Assembly: GCA_963666565.1 (NCBI GenBank) | Contig: OY762911.1 | Location: forward strand, 512,001-576,000 | Reading direction: 5' to 3' | Origin: Thermoanaerobaculia bacterium | GTDB taxonomy: Bacteria > Acidobacteriota > Thermoanaerobaculia > Multivoradales > Multivoraceae | DNA: 64,000 nt | Position numbers and translations under genes: made by a program | In this document: positions 18,794-28,560 of the stretch, piece by piece | How positions within the stretch are numbered: the first letter of the stretch is position 1 | How the letters are laid out: the number at the start of each line of letters is the position of its first letter | The notes under the pieces: generated by a model | What the model saw: the letters and a program-made list of their open reading frames with translations, nothing else | Told to the model about the DNA's origin: nothing | Database searches by the model: none

Positions 18794-19258
18794 ATGGCGA
18801 GACGAGAGCAGAGACGTTGGGGTGGCCCGGAGCTCCCGGCCCCGGGGGGTGAGGAGCGGAGCGACGAGGCCCCCGGGGCCGGCGCGTCGCCCGCGGGGGG
18901 TGTTCCCGACCCGGAGGTCGTGGCGAAGCCGACCAGACGGCAGTTCACGGCGGAGTACCGGCTTCGGATTCTGGAGGAGGCGGACCGATGCACGGACCGC
19001 GGCGAAGTGGGCCGGCTGCTTCGGCGAGAGAATTTGTACAGCTCGCACCTGGCCAACTGGCGCAAGGCGCGGCGCGAGGGCGCGCTTTCCGGTCTGCGGC
19101 CGAAGAAGCGGGGCCGCAAGCCGACCGAGGCCAACCCTCTGGCGCCGAAGGTGAAGCGGCTGGAGAGGGAGCTCGCCGCCGCCCACACGATCCTGGACGT
19201 GCAGGGAAAAGTTGCAGGGCTGCTGGGATTCAGCCTCGAAGACGGGAAGGACTGCTGA
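18794..19258 (+). CDS. transposase OrfA (HTH)
   Basis: RRQFTAEYRLRILEEAD...LLRRENLYSSHLANWRK. Confidence 0.88.
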   Translation: MARREQRRWGGPELPAPGGEERSDEAPGAGASPAGGVPDPEVVAKPTRRQFTAEYRLRILEEADRCTDRGEVGRLLRRENLYSSHLANWRKARREGALSGLRPKKRGRKPTEANPLAPKVKRLERELAAAHTILDVQGKVAGLLGFSLEDGKDC

Positions 19259-20256
19259 TGGCGGCCCGGTCCCTGGCAAGCAAGGTCGGCGTCGCGCCGG
19301 CGTGCCGGGCGCTGGGCGTGTCGCGATCGACGTTCTACCGTAGGGCGAGGCCCGCTCCCGGGCGCCAGCTGCCCCGACCCGCGCCCGCCCGGGCGCTGAG
19401 CGAGATCGAGCGGGAGCGGGTCCAGGCGACGCTCGCGTCTCCCCGGTTCGTGGATCGCTCGCCGGCGGAGGTGGTGGCGACGCTGCTGGACGAGGGCCGG
19501 TACCTGTGCTCGGAACGCACGATGTACCGCATCCTGAGCGCGAACGGAGAGGTGAAGGACCGTCGCAACCAGCGGGTCCATCCGCCCTACGCCAAGCCGG
19601 AGTTGGTCGCCACCGCGCCCAACCAGGTCTGGTCGTGGGACATCACCAGGCTGCTCGGCCCGCGGCCCTGGAGCTACTACTACCTCTACGTCCTGCTCGA
19701 CCTTTTCAGCCGCTACGCGGTCGGCTGGATGGTTGCCGACCGCGAGAATGCCGCGCTCGCCCAGAGGCTCATCGAGGAGACCTGCCTCAAGCACGGCGTG
19801 AAACCCTCGGTGCTCACCCTGCACTCCGACCGGGGCGCGCCCATGACCAGCCAGGGCACCGCCCAACTGCTCGCCCGCCTCGGCGTGAACCGATCCCTGG
19901 GCCGACCTCGCGTCAGCGACGACAACCCCTTCTCCGAAGCCCAGTTCAAGACCCTGAAGTACCACCCCGGCTTTCCCGACCGCTTCCCCGACCAGGACGC
20001 GGCGACCGGCTACTGCAGGTCCTTCTTCCCCTGGTACAACACCGAGCACCGGCATGCCGGCATCGCCATGCTGACTCCGGAGACCGTCCACTACGGCCGG
20101 GCCCAAGCCGCGATCGAACAGCGCCAGCGAGCGCTGGGCGCCGCCTGGAGACGCCACCCGGAACGATTCGTCGGCGGCGAGCCGATGCACCAACCCCTGC
20201 CTCAGGCCGTCTGGATCAACAAGCCGAGCCCCGAAGCATCGGAGATGGCTCAGTAA
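19258..20256 (+). CDS. transposase OrfB (DDE, rve)
   Basis: WSWDIT, LHSDRG and DDNPFSEAQFKTLKY motifs; start overlaps the orfA stop. Confidence 0.93.
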   Translation: MAARSLASKVGVAPACRALGVSRSTFYRRARPAPGRQLPRPAPARALSEIERERVQATLASPRFVDRSPAEVVATLLDEGRYLCSERTMYRILSANGEVKDRRNQRVHPPYAKPELVATAPNQVWSWDITRLLGPRPWSYYYLYVLLDLFSRYAVGWMVADRENAALAQRLIEETCLKHGVKPSVLTLHSDRGAPMTSQGTAQLLARLGVNRSLGRPRVSDDNPFSEAQFKTLKYHPGFPDRFPDQDAATGYCRSFFPWYNTEHRHAGIAMLTPETVHYGRAQAAIEQRQRALGAAWRRHPERFVGGEPMHQPLPQAVWINKPSPEASEMAQ

Positions 20257-20379
20257 ATCCGAGAAGCCCCTGTGTCAAACTCGTTGACAGGTTCCGATGG
20301 CGGACCGGCCCAGGGCGATTCTCTGTGCCGAACTGCAAGCCATCTGTGACGAGATGGCACGTTTGATAGACGAGCATTG

Positions 20380-20820
20380 TCATGGCGGAAGCGGGTTCTT
20401 TATCGCTTGGCGTCCCGCCTGCAAACCCGACCGCATGGCCTGATCGGCGCAGCATTCGAGGAGTCCGGCGCTCCAGCCCGCCGGCCACAGCCCGGTCAGT
20501 GCGCCGCCTCGGGGCGCGCCGCGAGAACTGCTGGCGACACTATGGACCGATGCAGGGAGTGTGGGCGGGACCCCGGGCGACAGGAGCGCGAGCGGCAGGG
20601 GTTGACGGCAAAGCCGACTCAGGCCGAAGAACGCGCCCTGCACCGCAATCACGGTCAGGACCACCCAGAGGCGGAGGTTCGCCAGGTCCTCCTTGGTGGC
20701 GCCGTTCTTCTCGATACTGCGCAGCTTCCCGTCGATGCCGGCGCGCCAGACGTCCATGTCCTGACGCCATGCGAGCCAGTCGTCGGTGATGTTCGGGGTG
20801 TGGTGCTCCAAGGTAGCCAT
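20380..20820 (-). CDS. small coiled-coil plus TM hypothetical protein; 3' part doubtful
   Basis: AGGAGG RBS; MATLEHH...ATKEDLANLRLWVVLTVIAVQGAFFGL; sequence after the TM looks like read-through. Confidence 0.5.
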   Translation of the reverse strand: MATLEHHTPNITDDWLAWRQDMDVWRAGIDGKLRSIEKNGATKEDLANLRLWVVLTVIAVQGAFFGLSRLCRQPLPLALLSPGVPPTLPASVHSVASSSRGAPRGGALTGLWPAGWSAGLLECCADQAMRSGLQAGRQAIKNPLPP

Positions 20821-20937
20821 CGCTCGGGGTTCCTCCTGGGGCTGGCGCCAGCATACCCGGTACGCTGGCACTTCGGGGCGGTAGCCCTCGGAACCATGCG
20901 CGGCGAACGCTGCAACGCGGGACGCCAGCCAAGGTAG

Positions 20938-21075
20938 CGCCGGCCTCCGGCCGGCGCGTACTCCTGGCCGGCTTCGCCGGAAGCGGGTCGGACCCCGGGT
21001 GGCGCGTCCCCGCGCCACCCGCGTCACAGCCCGAGCGCCCGTGTTCGGGCGGTCGGATGTCAGACCCGCGCACCC
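20938..21075 (-). repeat. family-A REP-like composite (right border of the island), split by about 70 bp of other hairpins
   Basis: The reverse complement of 20938-20992 matches 13147-13201 closely; the 5' half GGGTGCGCGGGTCT lies at 21062-21075. Confidence 0.75.
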
Positions 21076-21084
21076 GGCAGCCGC

Positions 21085-22398
21085 CTACGCTCCCCGGATT
21101 CCCTGCATCCACTTGCCGCGGGTGCGCTTCATCAGCTTCCGCATCTGGCGGTACTGCCGGAGCATCTGGTTCAGTTCCTGCACGGTGCGGCCCGAGCCGC
21201 GGGCGATGCGGCGACGGCGGCTCGCGTTGAGGATCGCCGGGTTGCGCCGTTCGCGCGGGGTCATCGAGTCGATCAGGGCGGTGATGGCGACCAGGCGGCT
21301 CTCGTCGACGGCGCCGGCCAGGTTGGCGCCGCGGAACTGGCCGGGAAGCAGTTCCAGGAGCTGGGACAGCGGCCCCATGCGGCGCAACTGCCGCAACTGG
21401 TCGCGCAGGTCCTCCAGGGTGAACTCCTGGCGGGCGATGCGCTCGGCGAGGCGCTCGGCCTCCTGGCGATCCACGACGCGCTCGGCCTTTTCGATGAGTG
21501 CCAGCGCGTCTCCCATGCCGAGAATCCGGGAAGCGATGCGGTCGGGCGCGAAGGGCTCGAGGTCCTCAAGCTTCTCGCCCACGCCGACGAAGCGCAGCGG
21601 AACCTCGGTCACGCCCCGGAGCGAGAGCGCGGCGCCGCCGCGGGCGTCGCCGTCGAGCTTGGTCATCACCGCGCCGGTGAGCGGCGCGCCCTCGGCGAAG
21701 GCGGCGGCGCTCCGCACCGCGTCCTGGCCCGTCATCGCGTCGCAGACGAACAGCGTCTCGCAGGGAGCGACCCGGTCCGCCAGTTCCCCGAGTTCCTCCA
21801 TCGACTCGGCGTCCACGTGCAGACGGCCCGCCGTGTCGAAGATCAGCGTGTCGAAGCCGCCCTCCCGGGCCGCCGCCAGGGCGCGGTCCGAGAAAGCCGC
21901 GAGCGTCTCTCCGGCCGCCGGCTCGATCACCGCGGCGCCCGCCGCCGCGCCGACCTGCTTCAACTGCTCCACCGCCGCGGCCCGCCGCAGGTCGCCGGCC
22001 GCCAGCACCGGGTTCCGGCCCTGGCCGCGGAGGCGGACCGCCAGCTTGCCCGCCGTCGTCGTCTTGCCCGAGCCCTGGAGGCCGCACAGCAGGACCACCG
22101 CCGGCCGGCCCTCCAGCGCCAGCTCCCCGCCCGGTTCGCCCAGCACGGCCGTCAGTTCGTCGCGGACGATGCGGATCATGTGCTGATCCGGGGTCAGGCT
22201 GCTCAGCACCTCGTCGCCCAGCGCCAGCTCCTGCACCCGGCCGACGAACGACCGGACGACCCGGACGTGAACGTCGGCCTCCAGCAGGGCGAGGCGGATC
22301 TGCCGCACCGCCCGCCGGACGTGATCCTCCGAGATCCGGCCCTCGGAGCGCAGGGACCGGAAGACCCCCTGGAGCTTGTCCTGCAGCCCCTCGAACAT
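21085..22398 (-). CDS. ffh: signal recognition particle protein
   Basis: MFEGLQDKL start; GLQGSGKTTT, DTAGR, TKLDGDARGG and M-domain motifs. Confidence 0.98.
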   Translation of the reverse strand: MFEGLQDKLQGVFRSLRSEGRISEDHVRRAVRQIRLALLEADVHVRVVRSFVGRVQELALGDEVLSSLTPDQHMIRIVRDELTAVLGEPGGELALEGRPAVVLLCGLQGSGKTTTAGKLAVRLRGQGRNPVLAAGDLRRAAAVEQLKQVGAAAGAAVIEPAAGETLAAFSDRALAAAREGGFDTLIFDTAGRLHVDAESMEELGELADRVAPCETLFVCDAMTGQDAVRSAAAFAEGAPLTGAVMTKLDGDARGGAALSLRGVTEVPLRFVGVGEKLEDLEPFAPDRIASRILGMGDALALIEKAERVVDRQEAERLAERIARQEFTLEDLRDQLRQLRRMGPLSQLLELLPGQFRGANLAGAVDESRLVAITALIDSMTPRERRNPAILNASRRRRIARGSGRTVQELNQMLRQYRQMRKLMKRTRGKWMQGIRGA

Positions 22399-25049
22399 CA
22401 GCCGAGCCCGGCCCCGGCGCCGCCGGATCGTCGCTGCCCGCCGGATGCGGACAGGGCGGCCGCGTTCCCGGAGGCGTCCCGCACGGCGCGCCGCCGCCGG
22501 CCGAGCGCGACCAGGGCCGGCAGCAGGGTGATCGAGACGAGCGCCGTGGCGACCGCGCCGAGGATGGCGACGATGCCCATCGAGCGCAGTCCCGGGTAGT
22601 GCGACAGCGCCAGCGACCCGAAGCCGACGCTGGTCGACGCCGCGGCCAGCACGATCGCCTTGCCCGTCTCGCCCAGCGACTCGACCAGGCGCTCGTCCTG
22701 AAGCGCCTCCGGTCCGAAACCCACCTCGCGCCAGCGGTGCACCATGTGGACGCCGTAGTCCACGCCGATGCCGATGATCATCGTGACGACGAAGACGTTG
22801 AAGAAGTTCATGTCCAGCCCGATCAGGACCATGATCCCGAGCATCCAGACCACCCCGACCGACAGCGGCAGCAGGGACAGCAACGTGCTCAGCAGCCAGC
22901 GATAGTCCAGGAACAGGAGCAGCGCCACCAGGAGGAAGCCGATGACCGAGGCGGTGACGGCGTCGACCCGGATGCCGTTGCGGAGCCTCTCGCCCACCAC
23001 GCTCACGCCGGAGAGCGCGGCCCGCGGGCCGAGCCGCTCGACGAGTTCCGGCGCTCCGGGCGGCGCGCTCCGGCGCCACATGCCCGGCGGCGGGTACAGG
23101 TAGACGACCAGCTTGTGCTCGTCCTCGTTCCGGCTCATGTAGCGCTCCAGCATCCGCCCCACCTGGGGATTGGCCCGGAGCGCGGAGGGCGTCACCGTCG
23201 TCCGGTCGGCCCCCGCGTCGGCGAGCAGGTCGATGCCGCGCAGGAAGGGCGCGGCCCGGAGGCCCTCCGCCGTCGCGTGCCGCTCGAACAGCGAGCGCAG
23301 GCGTTCCCGGTCGAAGAGCTCCGCGCGCGCGTCGAGCCAGTCGTGGACCGCCGCCTGCCGGGTCGGCGGCGGAACCAGGCTGCCGATCCCGTCCACCGAG
23401 GTCAGGACTCCGCTGTCGACGAGCGCCCGCGCTTCCTCCTCGGCCCGGTTCGAGAGCTCCATGATCTCCTGCTCCGAGGCGCCCGAGAGCACGATCATCG
23501 TGTACCTCAGGCCCGAACCGAAGTGCTCGGCTACCTCGTCCTCGACCTCGACGCCGGGGTTCCCCTGCGGCCGGAGCTCCCGGATCGCGTCCTCGAACTC
23601 CAGGCGCGGCGCGATCGCGCCGGTGGCCGCGGTGACGGCGGCGCAGCAGCATATCGTGGCGACCGGCCGCTCGAAGCTCCAGCGCACCAGCCGGCGGGCG
23701 CCAAGGCCGTGGAGCACCAGCCGGGGCTGGCGCCCGGAGGCCGGACGGTGATCCTCCCGCCAGGCCAGCATCGCCGGCAGCAGCAGCAGCACCGAGACCA
23801 TGCAGAAGAGGATGCCGGTGCCGGTCAGGAGCCCCATCTGGCGCAGTCCGACGAAGTCGGTGACGAGGAACGCGTAGAACGTGGCGGCGGTGGTGATCGC
23901 CCCGGTCCAGACCGCCCGGCCCGAGGAACCGCTCATCGCCACCAGGGCCGCCTCCAGGCCGGCGCCGCGGCGCCGTTCCTCCACGTAGCGGCCGTAGGAG
24001 ACGATGACGAAGTCGATGCCGAGGCCGACCAGCAGCGCCGCGAAGCCGCTGGTCAGGGCGTTCAGTTCGCCCAGCACGGCGCCGGCGAAGCCGAAGGCGA
24101 GCACCAGGCCGAAGGCGAGCGGGATGAAGGCGTAGGCGATCAGGCCGACGCGCCGGAACGCGAGCGCGAACAGCAGCAGGACGCCGGCGAGCGAAGTCGC
24201 CAGGTTCGAGACGAGTCCGCCGACGATCGTCCCCGCGTCGGAGACCGCGGTCACGTAGGTGCCGCCGAAGGCCACTTCGGGTGGCGGCAGCAGGTTACCG
24301 TCCCGGTCCTCGCCGCCGAGTTCGGGCCAGCGCTCCAGCAGATCGCCGGCCAGGCCCTCCACCGCGGCCAGGAGCCGGCGGCCGAACTCGACCTCCTGCG
24401 CCGGTTCCGCCGGCCGCGCAATCAGGAGCGCGCGCGACCGGTCCTCCGAGAGCAGGTAGCCCGTCGACCAGTCGACGTCGAGGCCGCCCCGGGCCAGCTC
24501 GAGCTGATCGAGGAAGACCTCGTGGACGCTCAGCGGATCGAGCAGGAAGAGATCGCGCAGCGCCAGCCCCTCGGGGGTCGCCAGCCGGCGGCTCAGTTCC
24601 TGGACCTGGCGGCGGAGGCCGTCCTCGGTCAACCGGGCCGCGACCTCCTCCCGGGCCTCCTCGTCCAGGTAGACGAAGGCGTGCGCGAAGAAGGTCTCGG
24701 CCAGCTCCTCCAGGTCGCCCAGGTCGTAGTCGACGTAGTCGATCTCCTCGAGCGCCTCCATCGACGATCCGAGTTCCTCGACGAAGTCCAGGTACGGATC
24801 GAGCGGCGCGTCCGGCGGCAGCCGCACCAGGACGAGCAGGTAGTCCAGGCTGCCGAAGTCCTCGATGGTCGACCGGAAGGTCGTGACCACCGGGTCGTCC
24901 TCCGGCAGCAGGTTCAGGATCTCCGTGTCGAAGCGGAGCCGCGTCGCCGACCAGACGCAGAGGACGACCAGCGCCGCCGCGGCCACGAACACGGCGCGGT
25001 GGCGGCGCCGGGCGAAGGCCGCCAGCCAGGCGAGGACGGACTGGATCAT
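22398..25049 (-). CDS. MMPL/RND-family transporter
   Basis: Duplicated TM architecture with GLGIDF and GIGVDY motifs and two large periplasmic loops; 883 aa. Confidence 0.9.
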   Translation of the reverse strand: MIQSVLAWLAAFARRRHRAVFVAAAALVVLCVWSATRLRFDTEILNLLPEDDPVVTTFRSTIEDFGSLDYLLVLVRLPPDAPLDPYLDFVEELGSSMEALEEIDYVDYDLGDLEELAETFFAHAFVYLDEEAREEVAARLTEDGLRRQVQELSRRLATPEGLALRDLFLLDPLSVHEVFLDQLELARGGLDVDWSTGYLLSEDRSRALLIARPAEPAQEVEFGRRLLAAVEGLAGDLLERWPELGGEDRDGNLLPPPEVAFGGTYVTAVSDAGTIVGGLVSNLATSLAGVLLLFALAFRRVGLIAYAFIPLAFGLVLAFGFAGAVLGELNALTSGFAALLVGLGIDFVIVSYGRYVEERRRGAGLEAALVAMSGSSGRAVWTGAITTAATFYAFLVTDFVGLRQMGLLTGTGILFCMVSVLLLLPAMLAWREDHRPASGRQPRLVLHGLGARRLVRWSFERPVATICCCAAVTAATGAIAPRLEFEDAIRELRPQGNPGVEVEDEVAEHFGSGLRYTMIVLSGASEQEIMELSNRAEEEARALVDSGVLTSVDGIGSLVPPPTRQAAVHDWLDARAELFDRERLRSLFERHATAEGLRAAPFLRGIDLLADAGADRTTVTPSALRANPQVGRMLERYMSRNEDEHKLVVYLYPPPGMWRRSAPPGAPELVERLGPRAALSGVSVVGERLRNGIRVDAVTASVIGFLLVALLLFLDYRWLLSTLLSLLPLSVGVVWMLGIMVLIGLDMNFFNVFVVTMIIGIGVDYGVHMVHRWREVGFGPEALQDERLVESLGETGKAIVLAAASTSVGFGSLALSHYPGLRSMGIVAILGAVATALVSITLLPALVALGRRRRAVRDASGNAAALSASGGQRRSGGAGAGLG

Positions 25050-25104
25050 GGCCGCCGTCCCGCGCCGGCCAGGAAGAACGCCGGCGAGGCCGGAGCGCCG
25101 CCGC

Positions 25105-25725
25105 TCATCGCTCCGGGGGCGTCTCGCTGAACGCCTCGAGCACGCGGCGGCCGTTTCGCGCGAAGTACTCGACGCCCGAGTAGAGCGTCGCGGCCAGGGC
25201 CACCCAGAGCGACGCCGGCGCCAGCAGGTCGAACGATCCCAACTGGTCCGAGATGATGAGCAGCGAGATGGCGACGATCTGCGTCACCGTCTTCACCTTG
25301 CCCGCGAAGCTCGCCGCGAGGACGACGTTCTGGGCCGCCGCCAGCGAACGCAGCGAGGAGACCGCGAACTCGCGGGCGACGACGACCACCACCATCCAGG
25401 CCGGCGCCAGCCCGAGGCCGACCAGGGAGATGAAGGCGGCCGAGGTGAGGATCTTGTCGGCGGCCGGGTCGAGCAGCTTGCCGAGCGCCGTCACCTCCTT
25501 GCGGCGCCGGGCGAGGAAGCCGTCCAGGAAGTCGGTGAGCGAGGCGGCCAGGAACAGGCCGAGTCCGATGAACTCCCAGCCGTCGATCCCGGTCAGCAGC
25601 ACCGCCACCAGCAGCGGAACGATCAGGATCCGGCTGAGGGTCAGCGCGTTCGGGACGTTGAGTCCCGCGCGCAGCAACTCGGCCGCGGTCGCGGGCTGCT
25701 CGTGGGCCGCTTCCCGCTCCGTCAC
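25105..25725 (-). CDS. pgsA: CDP-diacylglycerol--glycerol-3-phosphate 3-phosphatidyltransferase
   Basis: NVPNALTLSRI and TDFLDGFLARR...GKLLDPAADK motifs. Confidence 0.93.
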   Translation of the reverse strand: MTEREAAHEQPATAAELLRAGLNVPNALTLSRILIVPLLVAVLLTGIDGWEFIGLGLFLAASLTDFLDGFLARRRKEVTALGKLLDPAADKILTSAAFISLVGLGLAPAWMVVVVVAREFAVSSLRSLAAAQNVVLAASFAGKVKTVTQIVAISLLIISDQLGSFDLLAPASLWVALAATLYSGVEYFARNGRRVLEAFSETPPER

Positions 25726-25842
25726 GCGCCCTCCCTCCAGGAGCGTACATCGCAGAACGCAGCGGAGCGAGTTCTCCGGCGGCGGCTGCCGATGAGGTGG
25801 GAGCTGGGGCCGAACATGAAGTCTGCGACAGGTCTCGCGGCT

Positions 25843-28560
25843 CTAGCGGAGGCTGTCTTCGATGAGCCGTTCGGCGGCGGCGAAGGCGGAGGTCAGGTTC
25901 TCGGCCCGCCCCCCGGCCTGGGCGAAGTCGCGGCGGCCGCCGCCGCTGCCCGAGATCGCCGAACCCATCGCCCGCGCCACGGCCGCGGCGTCGACCCGGT
26001 CCTGGAGGTCCTTCGTCACCGAGGCGACGAGCTTCGCCTTGCCGTCGTCCACAGCGCCGAGGACGACGACGCCGGAACCCAGCCGGCTCCGCAGTACGTC
26101 GGCGAGGTTGCGCAGTTCGCCCGCGTTCGAGGCCGGCACCTGGCGCAGGACGACGTCGATCCCGCGAATGGACCGGGCGTCGCCGCCGCCGTCCTGCCCG
26201 GCGGCCGGCTTGCCGTCGCCGGCCAGCAGCCCCAGTCGAAGCTGGGAGAGTTCCTTCTCGGCCGCCCGCAACCGCTCCTTCAGCGCCCGCACCTCGGCCG
26301 CGGCCTGCTCGCCGGACCCTCCGATCTCCCGTTCGAGGCCGGTCAGGAGACGCGCCTGACTCCGCCGCAGACGGTCCGCCCGGTCCCCGGCCAGAGCCTC
26401 GATCCGGCGCACGCCGGCGGCCACGCCGCGCTCGCCGACCAGCGCCACGGGACCGATCTCGCCCGTGTTCCGGACGTGGCAGCCGCCGCAGAGTTCCAGG
26501 CTGAAGCCCGGCACCTCGACGGTTCGGACCCGGTCTCCGTACTTCTCGCCGAACAGCGCCATCGCGCCGGCCGCGACCGCCTCGTCGTAGGAGCGCTCGC
26601 GGATCGCAAGCGGCACGGCGCGCCGCACCCACTCGTTGACCGTGTCCTCGATCGCCTCCGCCTGCTCGTCCGTGACCGGGGCGCCGTGGGTGAAGTCGAA
26701 GCGCAGGCGGTCCGGGTGGACCAGGGAACCGGCCTGGCGCACGCCGGCGCCGAGGTGCCGGCGCAGCGCCGCGTGGAGGAGGTGGGTCGCCGTGTGGTGC
26801 CGCTGGGCGGCTTCCCTCGACTCGCGGTCGACCTGGAGCTCGACCTCGGCCCCGACCTCGACCGCGCCCTCCGAGACCTCGAGCCGGTGAACGACGTAGC
26901 GCCCCCGGCGCTGCGTGTCCACGACCCGCGCCCGGCCGCCGGCTGCCGTCACCAGTCCGACATCGCCGACCTGCCCGCCGGCCTCCGCGTAGAAGGGAGT
27001 GCGGTCGAACACCGCGAGCCCCCGGCCGGTCAACTCCCCGACCGGATCCAGTCGCTCGCCCGTCGTCGCGATCAGGCCGAGGAGCCTTGCCTCGGCTTCG
27101 AGATCGTCGTAACCGACGAATCCCGTCTCGGGCAGACCCCCGGTCCCGGTCGGGGCGGCGCCGCCGGCCGACGGTGCCGGCCCTGACGGCGGCAGGGCGC
27201 CCTCGGACTGGCGCCTCAGCAGCGACTCGATCTCCTTGCCGGCGTCGAGCTGCTTGCGTCCCGTCCGCGAGCGCTCCCGCTGCTCCGCCAGCGCCGCCTC
27301 GAACCCGGCTTCGTCGATCGCGAACCGCTCTTCCTCGGCGATCTCCCGCACCGTTTCGATCGGCAGGCCGAACGTGTCGTAGAGGCGAAAGACCTGCTCG
27401 CCGCCGAGCGTGGACCCGCCCTCGGCGCGCGCCGTCTCGATCGCCTGCTGGACCTTGCCGGCGCCCACGGCCACGGTCTCCAGGAACCGGGTCTCCTCCG
27501 CGGTCATCGTCGCCGCCGACGGTTCGCGGGCTGTCTCCAGTTCCGGATAGTGGCCCGCGAAGGCCTCCTCGAGCGACGGCAGCAGCGACGCCAGGAACGG
27601 GTCCTCGAAGCCCAGCTTCATGCCGTGGCGCGAGGCGCGGCGGAGGATCCGGCGCAGCACGTAGCCGCGCCCCTCGTTGCTCGGCAGCACGCCGTCGGCG
27701 AGCAGGAAGCCGACCGCGCGCAGGTGGTCGGCGACCACCCGCATCGACACGTCGGCTGCCGGGTCGCGGCCGTACTCGCTTCCCGCCGCCCCGGCCACCG
27801 CGGTCAGGATCGTGCCGAACAGGTCCGTGTCGTAGTTCGAGTCGACGCCCTGGAGCACCGCGGCCACCCTCTCCAGGCCCGCGCCGGTGTCGATCGACGG
27901 GTTCGGCAGCGGCTCGCTCCGGCCGTCCTCGTGCCGCTCGAACTGCATGAAGACGAGATTCCAGATCTCGAGGTAGCGGCCCGAATCCGTCCCTTCGTCC
28001 CAGCCGATCTCGGGCTCGCCGGGCGAGGTGTCGACGAAGATCTCGCTGCACGGACCGCACGGGCCGGTGTCGCCCATCGCCCAGAAGTTGTCCTTCTCGC
28101 CGCAGCGCAGAACCCGTTCCGGGGGCAGGCCGGAGATCCGCAGCCACAGGTCCTCGGCCTCGTCGTCCTGCTCGAACACGGTGGCGAAGAGATGCTCCGG
28201 CCTGAGGCCCCAGGGTCCGGTGACCAGCTCCCAGGCCGAGGCGATCGCCTCCTCCTTGAAGTAGTCGCCGAAGGAGAAGTTCCCCAGCATCTCGAAGAAC
28301 GTGTGGTGGCGCGGGCTCGGGCCGACGTTCTCCAGGTCGTTGTGCTTGCCGGACACCCTGAGGCACTTCTGGGAGGTCACGGCGCGCGGCGACTCCGGCT
28401 GTTCGACGCCGAGGAAGAAGTTCTTGAACTGCACCATGCCGGCGTTCACGAACAGCAGGGTCGGATCGTCGCGCGGCACGAGCGGCGAGCTCGCTACCGC
28501 GGCGTGCCCGCGGCCGCCGTAGAAGTCGATGAAGCTCTGCCTGATGTCGCGGCTCAACAT
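25843..28560 (-). CDS. alaS: alanine--tRNA ligase
   Basis: LLFVNAGMVQFK, HHTFFEMLGNFSFGDYFK, HTATHLLH, ELCGGCHV and GGGRRDFAQAG motifs. Confidence 0.99.
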   Translation of the reverse strand: MLSRDIRQSFIDFYGGRGHAAVASSPLVPRDDPTLLFVNAGMVQFKNFFLGVEQPESPRAVTSQKCLRVSGKHNDLENVGPSPRHHTFFEMLGNFSFGDYFKEEAIASAWELVTGPWGLRPEHLFATVFEQDDEAEDLWLRISGLPPERVLRCGEKDNFWAMGDTGPCGPCSEIFVDTSPGEPEIGWDEGTDSGRYLEIWNLVFMQFERHEDGRSEPLPNPSIDTGAGLERVAAVLQGVDSNYDTDLFGTILTAVAGAAGSEYGRDPAADVSMRVVADHLRAVGFLLADGVLPSNEGRGYVLRRILRRASRHGMKLGFEDPFLASLLPSLEEAFAGHYPELETAREPSAATMTAEETRFLETVAVGAGKVQQAIETARAEGGSTLGGEQVFRLYDTFGLPIETVREIAEEERFAIDEAGFEAALAEQRERSRTGRKQLDAGKEIESLLRRQSEGALPPSGPAPSAGGAAPTGTGGLPETGFVGYDDLEAEARLLGLIATTGERLDPVGELTGRGLAVFDRTPFYAEAGGQVGDVGLVTAAGGRARVVDTQRRGRYVVHRLEVSEGAVEVGAEVELQVDRESREAAQRHHTATHLLHAALRRHLGAGVRQAGSLVHPDRLRFDFTHGAPVTDEQAEAIEDTVNEWVRRAVPLAIRERSYDEAVAAGAMALFGEKYGDRVRTVEVPGFSLELCGGCHVRNTGEIGPVALVGERGVAAGVRRIEALAGDRADRLRRSQARLLTGLEREIGGSGEQAAAEVRALKERLRAAEKELSQLRLGLLAGDGKPAAGQDGGGDARSIRGIDVVLRQVPASNAGELRNLADVLRSRLGSGVVVLGAVDDGKAKLVASVTKDLQDRVDAAAVARAMGSAISGSGGGRRDFAQAGGRAENLTSAFAAAERLIEDSLR

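Larger units (their letters stand above)
18720..20294 (+). mobile_element. IS3-family-like insertion sequence, complete
   Basis: Subterminal inverted repeats TGCCAACGTACGTGACACA (18726) and TGTGTCAAACTCGTTGACA (20271-20289); flanking direct repeat CGATGGC at 18713-18719 and 20295-20301. Confidence 0.88.
18247..20443 (+). pseudogene. secreted Cys-rich hypothetical protein interrupted by an IS (204 aa when rejoined)
   Basis: GGAGG RBS and signal peptide MKKTLTFAAIIAVVF. Removing the IS and one CGATGGC copy restores the frame to TGA 20441-20443. Confidence 0.75.

Noticed and set aside
13255-20820. A RAYT transposase or integrase within the REP-bracketed island
   Set aside because: No HUH/Y1 or tyrosine/serine recombinase motifs in any island ORF; only DDE transposases are present.
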